From an uncultured Gemmatimonadales bacterium (GTDB lineage: Bacteria > Gemmatimonadota > Gemmatimonadetes > Longimicrobiales > Gaopeijiaceae), in NCBI GenBank assembly GCA_963823035.1, contig CAWGKG010000012.1:224001-288000 (forward strand): 64,000 bases of DNA, given 5' to 3'. The notes below the pieces were generated by a model. The model was not told where the DNA came from and made no database searches. It worked only from the letters and a program-made list of their open reading frames with translations. Below, piece after piece: positions 24,756-34,669 of the stretch (position 1 is its first letter; every line of letters starts with the position of its first letter). Both the position numbers and the translations under genes were made by a program.

Positions 24756-27700
24756 TATGCGTGCTCTCCGGACGCCACCTCGTGGAAGGTGACCTTCTTC
24801 AGGTAGTTCACGGCGGGCTGGGTGTTGATCTCTTCGTTGAGGACCCGGTAGGTGCGCTGGTTCTGCGCCACCTGCGATACGCGCGATTCAGGGTCGCGGA
24901 TGTTGCCCCAGACGATCGCCTCCGCGGGGCAGCTCTGCTGGCACGCCATCAGCACCTCGCCGTCGTCGGGGATCGAGCCGCGCTTCTCGAGCGCCACCCG
25001 GTTCTCGGCCTCGCGCACGCGCTGCATGCAGAAGCTGCACTTCTCCATGACGCCGTTGTCGCGGACCGTCACGTCCGGGTTCCACTGCCAGTTCATCGGC
25101 TCCGGGACCGCGTCCGTGAACCGGTACCAGTTGAAGACGCGGACCTTGTAGGGGCAGTTGTTCGCGCAATACCGCGTGCCCACGCACCGGTTGTAGATCT
25201 GGGCGTTGACGCCCTCCGGCGTATGGTAGGTGGCGAAGACCGGGCAGACCGGCTCGCAGGGCGCGTTGTTGCAGTGCTGGCAGAGCATCGGCAGGTGACG
25301 GATGTCGAGATCGCCCGCCTGCGTCGCGTCCACGTGCTCGTAGTAGCGCTCGATGCGGATCCAGTGCATCTCGCGGCCCATCATCACCTGCTGCTCCCCG
25401 ACCCACGGCACGTTGTTCTCGGACTGGCACGCGGTGACGCAGGCGCTGCAGCCCGTGCACTTGTCGAGGTCGATCGCCATCGCCCACCGCGCACGGTTCT
25501 CACGGTCGGCGTACTTCCCGTAGCGCGACCCTTCCAGGGGGAACGACTCGGGCGTTCCGCCCTCGGCCGGCACCGGCACGAAGCCGCCACCGGCCTGCAG
25601 CTCCTCGAGCCCCTCCTCCTCGTTCTCCGGCTCCGCGCCCTCCGACAGGTCGGCGAGCGCGATGGCCGGGGCGATCGGGCGGTCGTGCTGCGTGTCCGAG
25701 CCCGACACCTTCGCGAGGCGTCGATGCTCGCCGGTCGGCGTCACGGACACCTTCGTCGCCAGCGTCACGAACGCCCCGGAGGGCTGCTCGGCCTCCGCCG
25801 GGAGGAGGTGCATCACGTTCACGCCCTTGTCGTTCGCCCAGCGGCCGAAGTCGGTGTGACCGCCGCCCATCGCGAGCGCGACCGTGTCGGGGCGCAGCCC
25901 CGGGTAGGGCCACAGCGGCACCTGCACCTGGCCGTACGGGGAGGCCACCGTGACGATGTCCCCCTCGCGGAGCCCGCGCGCCTCGGCGGCGTCCGGGTGC
26001 ATCTCCAGCCAGGAGTGCCAGGTGATCTTCGAGACCGGGTCGGGCAGCTCCTGCATCCAGGGCGCGTTCGACAGCTCGCCGGCGCCGAAGCGCGGGGACG
26101 GGTGGACGAGGAGCGTCAGGTCCCCGTCCCCGTCGAAGGCCGGCATGTCGAAGGAGAGCGCAGTGTCGGGCGCCCGCAGCGCGGGCACGCCCGGCTCGGG
26201 CACGTCGCGGAGGATCACCCCCGTGCGCAGCGCCTCGCGCCAGTATCCGTCGAAGTCGGCGGCGCCCGCGTCCGCCTGGTGCGCGGCCCGCAGGTACTCG
26301 TAGAAGGTCGCGCCGCCGAGGGTGCTCCCGAGGCGGGCGGCCACCGAGAGGAGGACGTCGCCGGTCTGCTTGGCGTCGAAGTGCGGCACGGGGCGCATCG
26401 CCGGCTGCCGGAGCGCCATCACGCCGTCACGCCCCACCGAGTCGCCCCACGACTCGAGCCAGTGCCGGTCGGGGAGGATCAGGTCGGCCATCGCGGAGGT
26501 CTCGTCCGGCGACTGCGCGAAGGAGACCTTGAAGCCCACCGAGCCGAACGCGTCGGCGAAGCTGGACGCGACCGGGAGCGAGTACGCCGGGTTGGCGCCG
26601 TGGATCATGACGACGCCGACCTCGCCACCCGCCATGGAGCGGATGGCCGCTTCCATGTCGGCGTAGGGGCGGGCCGGCGTCTGCGGACCGCCGCCCATGT
26701 GGATCGTCCGACCGAAGCTGCCCGCGACGTGGTTGAGGATCAACACGGCGATGTGCGCCGCGGTGGCACCGCGGTGGTGCGCCGGCCACGCTCGGTCCCA
26801 GCGCCAGGCTCGGGCCCGTCGCGAACTGGTCGGCGAGCTCCCGGATCGTGTCCTCGTCGATGCCCGCGGCCTCGGCGGCCGCGCGCGGCGTCGTAGGCAG
26901 CCAACACCGAGGCGTACGGGCCGGCCGCGCCGCCGGTCCGCGGCGATCACGGAGGCCATGCCGAGCGCCACGGCGGCCTCGGAGCCCGGGCGGATCGGCA
27001 CCCATTCGTCCGCGTTCTGGCCGGTGAGCGACAGCCTCGGCCCCACGTAGACCAGACGGCCCTTGGAGCCGTGCTCGTCCACCGCGGCCATGCGCGCGAA
27101 GTCCCGCTGCTGCGAGAGCGGCGCGATGCCGCCGTCGATGAAGTCGTCCCCGAAGGAGACGAGGAAGCGGGCCTGGTCGATCTGGTAGCGGGGAACGGCG
27201 TCGATGCCGAACGCGATCCGCGCGGCCTCACGGAGCGGGGCGGCCGAGAGCGCATCGTACTGGACGCGCCGTCCGCCCACCGCGCCGACGAACTGCTCCA
27301 CCAGCCGCGCCATCGTCGGGCCGCTGTGCCCGCCGATGTAGAGCACGTTGCCGGCCGCGCCCCGGATGCGCTCCGTGAGCATGGCCTCCGCTTCCTCCCA
27401 GCCGATCGACCGCAGCGCGCCGCCCTCGCGGACCATCGGGCCCGTGTAGCGATCCGGGTCGTAGAGGTGCTGGAGCGTCGCGTGGCCCTTGGCGCACAGC
27501 GCGCCTCCCGAGACCGGGTGGTGCGGGGTTCCCCTCCAGCTTCACCACGCGTCCCTCGCGCGTGCGCACCCAGACCCCGCACCCGGAGGAGCAGCCGTCG
27601 CACACCGACGTGTACCACGTGGCCACACCCGGGGTGATCGCCTCGTCCGCGGTGACGTAGGGAAGGAGACGCTCGACGTTCCCGGTGTTGCAGGCCGTCA

Positions 27701-27767
27701 GCGTCGCACCCGCCCCCGTGACGCCGAGAACCTTCAGGAAGTCTCGCCGCTTGATGCCGTCGCTCAT
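24755..27767 (-). CDS. actB: ACIII subunit ActB (Tat-exported molybdopterin-oxidoreductase-like domain fused to Fe-S domain); frameshifts near 27525 and 26780-26935
   Basis: KRRDFLK Tat signal with [27 protein letters not shown]; Fe-S motifs [50 protein letters not shown]. Confidence 0.93.
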
Positions 27768-27779
27768 GGCGGGCCCGTC

Positions 27780-28340
27780 CTAGTAGTGGCAGACGGCGCA
27801 ATCGTCCGATGCGCCCTCGGTGCGGTGGCAGCCGATACACCAGCCCATGTTCGCACCGCCCCAGGCCGGATCTCGCTTGTTGATGACGTCCACGGTCTGG
27901 ACCTCCCCGTGGCACTGCTGGCACTGGAGGCCGGCGGCGATGTGGCGCATGTGCGGATAGTGGGCGTGGTCCGAGATCTTGTAGATCCGGACCCAGGGAA
28001 TCGTCTTCTTGTCGTTCCAGTACTGCATGAGCTTGGCGACTTCCTCGGGCTTGTTCGCGCCCGGGATCACCTGGTGGCAGCCCACGCAGGTCGAGATCGG
28101 CGGGATGCCGGCGTCGACGGAGCGCTCGGCCGAGAAGTGGCAGTACTGGCAGTCCATCCCCAGCTGCCCCGGTTCGGAGCCGGCGTGCGTGTTGTGCGGA
28201 AAGGCGATGGGCTGCCCGGACGGGTACGCATCCAGCCCGCCGACCGGCGCCGTCTGCTGGGTATCCTGCACCCGGACGAAGGCGAGGCCGGCGAGGGCGA
28301 GCACGCCGGCCGTGCCGCCGATCAGCCAGTGCTTTTTCAT
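27780..28340 (-). CDS. actA: ACIII pentaheme cytochrome c ActA
   Basis: N-terminal TM helix, QPIAFPHNTH, five CxxCH motifs (CQYCH, CVGCH, CQQCH, CIGCH, CAVCH); AGGAG upstream of ATG 28340. Confidence 0.93.
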   Translation of the reverse strand: MKKHWLIGGTAGVLALAGLAFVRVQDTQQTAPVGGLDAYPSGQPIAFPHNTHAGSEPGQLGMDCQYCHFSAERSVDAGIPPISTCVGCHQVIPGANKPEEVAKLMQYWNDKKTIPWVRIYKISDHAHYPHMRHIAAGLQCQQCHGEVQTVDVINKRDPAWGGANMGWCIGCHRTEGASDDCAVCHY

Positions 28341-28461
28341 CTCGACGCTGTGCTCCTGAGCATGCCGCGCACCCGGGAATGGGGTGCCACGCGGGCGGCG
28401 ACCGGCCGGATGGATACGAGAGAAGCCGGTCGGTGGGAAACCGCCCAGGAAAAACGGCATG

Positions 28462-28490
28462 AACCTACCCGCCCCCCAACATGGGGTCAA
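28462..28490 (-). promoter_or_regulatory. Putative sigma70 promoter of the act operon
   Basis: Minus strand TTGACC (28490-28485), 17 nt, TAGGTT (28467-28462). Confidence 0.6.
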
Positions 28491-28531
28491 GACGAACAGG
28501 CTCCGTACAAGAACCTTTTTCTCGGCGTGGG

Positions 28532-28540
28532 TGTTATACT
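28532..28540 (+). promoter_or_regulatory. Putative extended -10 promoter of the moxR operon
   Basis: TGtTATACT in an AT-rich patch about 75 nt before ATG 28615. Confidence 0.5.
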
Positions 28541-28614
28541 TTCTCCCGTTCGCGACCCCATCGGGACGCGTTCTCTTCCGGCCCGGACAACTGACCCGCT
28601 CAGCGACCGCCTCC

Positions 28615-29598
28615 ATGGCCGAAACCTCAACCGCGACTTCGGCACGAGACGTGCGACCGTCGCTGGAGCTCCTGGACCAGCTCGTCCAGGAGGTGGAGAC
28701 CGTCTTCCACGGGAAGCGGGACGTCATCCAGCTCGCGCTCTCCGCGCTCCTGGCGCGGGGCCACGTCCTTTTCGAGGACGTGCCCGGGGTCGGCAAGACC
28801 ACGCTGGCCCACGCCCTCGCCCGCACCCTCGGGGTCGAGTTCCGTCGCATCCAGTTCACGTCGGACCTCCTCCCGTCCGACGTGCTGGGGGTTTCGGTGT
28901 ACCGCCCGCAGACGGGGGAATTCGAGACGCGCCCGGGCCCGATCTTCTCGAACGTGGTGCTGGCCGACGAGATCAACCGGGCGCCACCGCGTACGCAGAG
29001 CGGGCTCCTGGAGGCCATGCAGGAGGGGCGGGTGACGATCGACAACGCCACCTACGACCTGCCCAGGCCGTTCCTCGTGATGGCGACGCAGAACCCGCTC
29101 GAGCACCACGGGACGTACCCGCTGCCGGAGAGCCAGCTCGACCGTTTCCTCATGCGCATCACGATCGGCTACCCGAACCGTGAGGCGGAGCGGAAGATCC
29201 TGACCGAGTCGGCCACCACGACCCCGGTCATGGAGCGGCTGCGGCCCGTGCTCACCCCCACGCAGGTGCTCCAGCTCCAGGAACGCGTCGAGCAGGTCGA
29301 GGCGGACCCGAGCATCGTCGACTACCTGATGAGCGTGGTCGAGAAGACACGGAGCGTGAGCCGACTGCGGATGGGGGTGAGCCCCCGGGGCGCGATCGCA
29401 CTCTTCCGGGCGGCGCGCGGCTACGCGCTCACGCAGGGGCGCAGCTACCTCATCCCCGACGACGTGCGCACGCTGGTCGTTCCCTGCCTCGCGCACCGGA
29501 TCCTCCCGGCCGGAACGTCGGGCGCCGCGCTCGACGCCCACGAGCAGGCCGCGCAGATCCTCGAGGGGATCCTCGACGAGGTCGAGGCGCCGGTGTGA
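28615..29598 (+). CDS. moxR: MoxR-family AAA+ ATPase
   Basis: FEDVPGVGKTTLA, RIQFTSDLLPSD, LADEINRA, ATQNP, PLPESQLDRF, GVSPRG. Confidence 0.95.
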   Translation: MAETSTATSARDVRPSLELLDQLVQEVETVFHGKRDVIQLALSALLARGHVLFEDVPGVGKTTLAHALARTLGVEFRRIQFTSDLLPSDVLGVSVYRPQTGEFETRPGPIFSNVVLADEINRAPPRTQSGLLEAMQEGRVTIDNATYDLPRPFLVMATQNPLEHHGTYPLPESQLDRFLMRITIGYPNREAERKILTESATTTPVMERLRPVLTPTQVLQLQERVEQVEADPSIVDYLMSVVEKTRSVSRLRMGVSPRGAIALFRAARGYALTQGRSYLIPDDVRTLVVPCLAHRILPAGTSGAALDAHEQAAQILEGILDEVEAPV

Positions 29599-30623
29599 GG
29601 CGCCGGCTCGCGTCCCTCCTGCCGGCCTTCCGTGAGGCCTGGCGGCGACTGCGGGCGTGGCGGCGCATCAGCTTCACGCCCGGCGGGCTGGCGTTCACCG
29701 TGGGGACGTTCGCCGTGGGCTTCGCGGCGCTCAACACCGGCAACAACCTCCTCTACCTGCTCCTCGGCGCCATGCTCGGCTTCATCACCGTGAGCGGATG
29801 GCTGTCCGAGCAGGCCATCCGCGGCCTCACCGTGGAGCGCCACCTCCCGCGGGCCGTGACGGTCGGCCAGGAGCTCCGGGCGACCTACCGCGTCACGAAC
29901 ACCAAGACGCGGCTGCCCAGCCTTGCCGTGGAGCTGGTCGAGCAGGGCCTGCCCGGGCGGGCCTTCCTGGCGCACGTCGCCGCCGGGGACACCGCGGGTG
30001 CGCGATCGGTCAACAGCTTCGTGCGCCGGGGAACGTACCCGCTGCACACGCTCACCCTCGCCACCGCCTTCCCCTTCGGCCTCTTCCTCAAGGAGCGCGA
30101 CCTCGAGCTCCCGGGGGAGGTGATCGTCTGGCCCCGCACGGATCGGAACGTGCAGATGCCGCTGCCCGGCATGGACCGCGTCCCGCGCTCGGGGGCGGTG
30201 GCGCGGGGCGCGGCGGGGTATCGGGGCGAGTATCGCAGCCTGCGCGTGTACCGGCCGGGAGACGATCCCCGGGACATCCACTGGCGCTCCTCCGCGCGCC
30301 TGCGCGAGCCGGTCATGCGCGAGTACGAGAGGGACGGCGCGCGCACGCGCTGGATCTGTCTCGACCTCCGGTGCGAGCCCGGCCCCGAGGCCGAGGTGGC
30401 CGTCGAGGTGGCCGCCTCGGTAGCCGCCCGTGCCGCCTCGGAGGGCGTTCCGTTCGCGCTCAGCGCCGGCGACGTGCTCGTCGGACCCGGCGAGGGCCAG
30501 GGCCAGCTCGAGCGCATCCTCGACGTCCTTGCCCGCGTCGACTTCCATCCGGATGCGCCGGCCTCGGAGCCGCCGGTCGAGCTGGACGCCTGCGTGCTCG
30601 TGCAGGCCGGGAGTGCGGCGTGA
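29595..30623 (+). CDS. DUF58 domain protein
   Basis: AALNTGNNLLYL, FPFGLF, LRVYRPGDDPRDIHWRSSAR, MREYE. Confidence 0.92.
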   Translation: MRRRLASLLPAFREAWRRLRAWRRISFTPGGLAFTVGTFAVGFAALNTGNNLLYLLLGAMLGFITVSGWLSEQAIRGLTVERHLPRAVTVGQELRATYRVTNTKTRLPSLAVELVEQGLPGRAFLAHVAAGDTAGARSVNSFVRRGTYPLHTLTLATAFPFGLFLKERDLELPGEVIVWPRTDRNVQMPLPGMDRVPRSGAVARGAAGYRGEYRSLRVYRPGDDPRDIHWRSSARLREPVMREYERDGARTRWICLDLRCEPGPEAEVAVEVAASVAARAASEGVPFALSAGDVLVGPGEGQGQLERILDVLARVDFHPDAPASEPPVELDACVLVQAGSAA

Positions 30624-32648
30624 ACCTCCGGCTCCTGCATCGGCGCCTCGCCGTGCTCATGTCCTTCGCCGGCCTCGTCGCCTTCGCGGGCGGCGCGGGC
30701 TTCGAGCCGCTGTCCGCCGTGCTCGCCGCCGTGGCGCTCGTGGTCGCGCTCTTCTGGCACCCGGACCACGCCCTATCGGTGCGGCTGGAGCGGGTCTGGC
30801 TGCCGCTGGCCGCGCTCCTGGTCGCGCGTGCCGCGATCCACGTGCTGATCGTCCGCGACGACGTGGTCGTCCCGGTGGTCGACCTCCTCCTCCTGCTCAT
30901 GGCGGCGGAGGCGCTACGCTCCCTCGACGCCCCCAACGACATCCGCCTGTACGCCCTGAGCTTCGCGCTCCTCCTGGCGTCCACCGCGTATCGCCCCGGG
31001 GTCCTCTTCCTCGCGGCATTCATCGCCTACGTGTCGCTCTCCACCCTCGCGCTCATGGTCGGACACCTTCGGCGGAAGGCCGAGCGCCACGGGATCAGGG
31101 AGATCCCGCTCGGACGAAACCTCCTGTTGACCACGGGCGGGCTGGTGGGCGTGATCCTCCTGGTGGCGGCCGTCGTGTTCGTGACCTTCCCGCGGGTCGC
31201 GCGGGGGTGGGCAGGCCGCGGGGAGACGCTCGCCACGTCGATCGCCGGCTTCAGCGACGAGGTCTCGATCGGCGCGCACGGGTCGCGCATCTACGGCAAT
31301 CCGCAGATCGTGCTCCGCGTCGAGTTCCCCGACGGCCGTCCCGCCAACCTCCTGTCGCTTCATTGGCGAGGTCGGTCCTACGACCGATTCGACGGGACGC
31401 GCTGGACGCGTACCCGCGGCCTGCCGCCCTCCTCCGGTCCGCACGCGCTGGTATCGAGAGCGGTGGACGGGCCCCTGGATCGAGCAGAAGATCTTCGCGG
31501 CACCGCTCGACGTGCGCGTGCTGTTCGGACTCCACCCCGTGATCGGCATCGAGCCCGAGAACGGCATCCAGCCCCTCTTCGACAACGCCGGCGACTTCGT
31601 CTACTGGGGCTCGGGTGCACCCGCCTACACGGCATACTCCCGCCTGGGGAGCCCGCCCCCGGACAGCCTGCGCGCGGCCACGGGGGGATACGCACCCCCG
31701 GCGCGCTACTTCCTCCAACTGCCCGACCGCCTGGATCCGCGCATCCAGGCGCTGGCGGACTCGCTCACGGCCGGGCTCGACAACGACTACGACAAGGCGG
31801 TCGCGATCCAGCGGTACCTCGGCACCTTCCGCTACACGCTCGAGTTGCCGGCCACGTCGCGGGAGGCCACGCTACCCTGGTTCCTCTTCGAGCGGAAGGC
31901 CGGACATTGCGAGTATTTCTCTACGGCGATGGTGGTGCTCCTGCGCGCGGCCGGGGTCGAGTCCCGCAACGTGAACGGCTTCCTGGGCGGGGAGTGGAGT
32001 CAGTTCGGCAACTACCTGGCCGTAACGCAGAACCAGGCCCACAGCTGGGTCGAGGTCTGGTTTCCCGGGTACGGATGGGTGACGTTCGATCCCACACCCG
32101 CCGGAGCGGGCGGGGGCGAGCACCTCGAGTCGTGGTTCTGGCCGGGACGCATCCTGTTCGACGCCATCCAGCACCGCTGGAACAAGTGGGTGCTGGACTA
32201 CAGCGCGCAGTCCCAGGTAGGCATCCTCGAGCGTTGGACCACCCTCTTCGCGGCCGAGCCCGGCGACACCGGGGAACGCTCGGACCCGTCCGGACCCGAC
32301 TTCACGTTCTGGGGTGCCGGCGGGTTCGCCCTCCTGCTCCTGGCGGGGTTTTGGTGGGCGCGCAGTAGCCGGGGCTCACTCCCCCGCGAGACACGCATGT
32401 ATCTTGGCCTGCGTGAAGCTTGCGAGCGGGCGGGGATCCTCGTGACGCCGGGGCTCACTCCGCTCGTGCTGGTGGAACGGCTGCGCCGGTCGCGCCCCGG
32501 TGCGGCCCGCCCCGCCGAGCGGGTGGTGGAGCTGTATCTTCGGGCACGGTACGGCGGGAGGGAGCTCGGCGAGTCCGAGCTTCGTGAGATGAGCGCCGCG
32601 CTCGGCGCGGCACGGAGGACTCTGAGGACAAGCGCGGGGGCGCCCTGA
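30620..32648 (+). CDS. Membrane transglutaminase-like protein (DUF3488/TgpA type); frameshift near 31440
   Basis: N-terminal TM bundle, FVTFPRV, GFSDEV, HWRGRSYDRFDG; catalytic triad GHCEYFS, AHSWVEV, FDPT. Confidence 0.9.
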
Positions 32649-32653
32649 AAGAC

Positions 32654-33461
32654 ATGGACACGGGACCGATCGGACCGAGCGGGCTCTGGGGCGAGCGTCC
32701 CCCTCCGGCGACGGGCGAGACCGAGCACCTGCTCGTGGGGCCGCTCATGATCTGGCTGCGGGGCGTAGGGAGCGAGCTGTGGGTCGCCCACACCTACGTC
32801 GACGAGGACGAGAGCACCCCCGAGGAGCCGCCGGAGGACGCCGACTGGAGCCGGTGGGCGATGAAGGACGTTCCTCACAACCTGCGCATCCTCCCCGTCT
32901 TCCCGGACCGGCCGCTGGTGGTGGGGCCCGAGCACCCCTTCACGCTGATGCCGCGGGCGCACGCCCGCGTCTACATGCGGGTGCCGCCCTGGGTGCGCCT
33001 CGAGGCCGTGGAGAGGTCCCGTGGGCGGGGCACGCTCCTGACGGAGGTTCCGACCGAGCGGCTCTCCGAAACCTGGTGGGGGGATTTCCTCGACGGCGAG
33101 CTGGCGTACTGGCTCACGACCAAGGCGCGACGCGAGATCCGCCCCGAGACTCTTCGAGCCCTGGCTCGTCATGAGCACGCTCCAGCTCGAGAACCACTCG
33201 GAGGCGTCGCTGCGCGTCGAGAAGCTGGCGCTGCGCGTCGAGCACCTCAGCATCTACGAGAAGGATGGCTCGCTCTGGGCCGAGGAGGTGCGCGTGGAGT
33301 ACCGTGGCGAGGCAGACGGAAGCGACATCCACATGGACGACCAACCCCCCCACGAGGCCGCGGGGGCACGGGAGATCTCGCCGGCGAGGGCGCAGACGCG
33401 GTCGTTTCGGGCACGCACGTTCGCGCGCCTGAGGGCGCTCTCCGGATGGGGGGGGCTGTGA
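32654..33461 (+). CDS. DUF432-like protein; frameshift near 33150
   Basis: LPVFPDRPLVVGPE.PF, VYMRVPPWV, LSETWWG...GELAYW; continues in ORF 33171-33461, whose stop overlaps the mscS GTG. Confidence 0.7.
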
Positions 33462-34339
33462 GCCCCCTCTCGCTCGTCGCGACGCTGCAGGCCACCGGCA
33501 CCGACGCGGCCGGCTGGAGCCTCTCCCCTCTGCTCACCGCGCCCGAGGGCCTGCTTCGCTCCGCCCTCCTCCTGGTGGTGGGGATCCCCGGCGCCTGGAT
33601 CCTGTCGCGCTGGGCACGCGGATACGCCACGCGCCTCTACAACGCGCAGAAGGGACTCATCACAGGCAAGCTCGTCTTCTACCCGCTGGCGCTGGTCATC
33701 ATCGTCTCGGTGCTTCGCGAGCTCGGCTTCAGCCTCGCGCCGCTGCTCGGTGCGGCGGGAATCCTCGGCATCGCGCTCGGCTTCGCCTCCCAGACCTCGG
33801 TGTCGAACATCATCAGCGGCTTCTTCCTGCTGGCCGAGGAGCCCTTCCGGGTGGGCGACGTCATCTCGGTCGGCGACGTCATCGGCGCGGTGCTCACCAT
33901 CGACATGCTGTCGGTGAAGATCCGCACCTTCGACAACAAGATGGTGCGCATCCCCAACGAGACCCTGGTGAAGAGCCAGGTCACCACGGTGACGCGCTTC
34001 CCCATCCGCCGGGTCGACGTGAAGGTCGGGGTGGCGTACAAGGAGGACATCGGCAGGGTCCGCAGGATCCTGCTGGAGGTCGCCGACGCCAATCCGCTCG
34101 TGCTCATGGAGCCCGAGCCGTTGGTGATCTTCCAGGGATACGGGAGCTCGTCCATCGACTTCCTCTTCGCCGTGTGGGCCAAGAAGGAGTCGTGGCTCAC
34201 CGTGAAGAACACGATCACGGAGGACGTGAAGGTGCGCTTCGACGCCGAGGGGATCGAGATCCCCTTCCCGCACGTGTCGCTCTACGCCGGGTCGGTCACG
34301 GAGCCCTTCCCCGTCCGCATCCTCAGGGACGACGAATGA
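33458..34339 (+). CDS. mscS: Small-conductance mechanosensitive channel
   Basis: LGAAGILGIALGFASQTSVSNIISG, PFRVGDVI, IRTFDNKMVRIPNE, VGVAYKED, GIEIPFP. Confidence 0.93.
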   Translation: MSPLSLVATLQATGTDAAGWSLSPLLTAPEGLLRSALLLVVGIPGAWILSRWARGYATRLYNAQKGLITGKLVFYPLALVIIVSVLRELGFSLAPLLGAAGILGIALGFASQTSVSNIISGFFLLAEEPFRVGDVISVGDVIGAVLTIDMLSVKIRTFDNKMVRIPNETLVKSQVTTVTRFPIRRVDVKVGVAYKEDIGRVRRILLEVADANPLVLMEPEPLVIFQGYGSSSIDFLFAVWAKKESWLTVKNTITEDVKVRFDAEGIEIPFPHVSLYAGSVTEPFPVRILRDDE

Positions 34340-34630
34340 CGGCCGACGCCGGAGGCTTCCATCTCGCCACGGTCGCGTATCGCGGCCGCATCTGGGACGC
34401 CTACCTCGAGATCGACGAGGACCCCCGCCGACCCGGACGCGTACCGCGCCCGCCTGCGGTTCGACTCGCCCGACGGGGGCTCCGCGGACGGCACCTACCG
34501 GACGGCGACCATCATCATCGAGCCCTCCTACGAGGAGGCCCTGGCGAAGGCGCGCGCCTTCGACGACCGGCAGCTGCAGGGGCTGCTTCGGTCCGTGCTC
34601 CCCGAGGAAGAGGAAGAGGCGGGAGCGTAG
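34336..34630 (+). CDS. Small hypothetical protein (about 97 aa); frameshift near 34438
   Basis: ATGA overlap with the mscS stop; MTADAGGFHLATVAYRGRIWDAYLEID.. then YRARLRFDSPD..RTATIIIEPSYEEALAKARAFDDRQLQGLLRSVLP; span is 3n+1. Confidence 0.65.
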
Positions 34631-34669
34631 CGTGTCCGGCGCATCCCCGCGCCGGGCTCGACCCGCCGG

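Noticed and set aside
32654..34339. 561-aa DUF432-MscS fusion in the ORF track
   Set aside because: A +1 frameshift near 33150 creates it; the alternative frame ends at 33461, overlapping a GTG start for mscS
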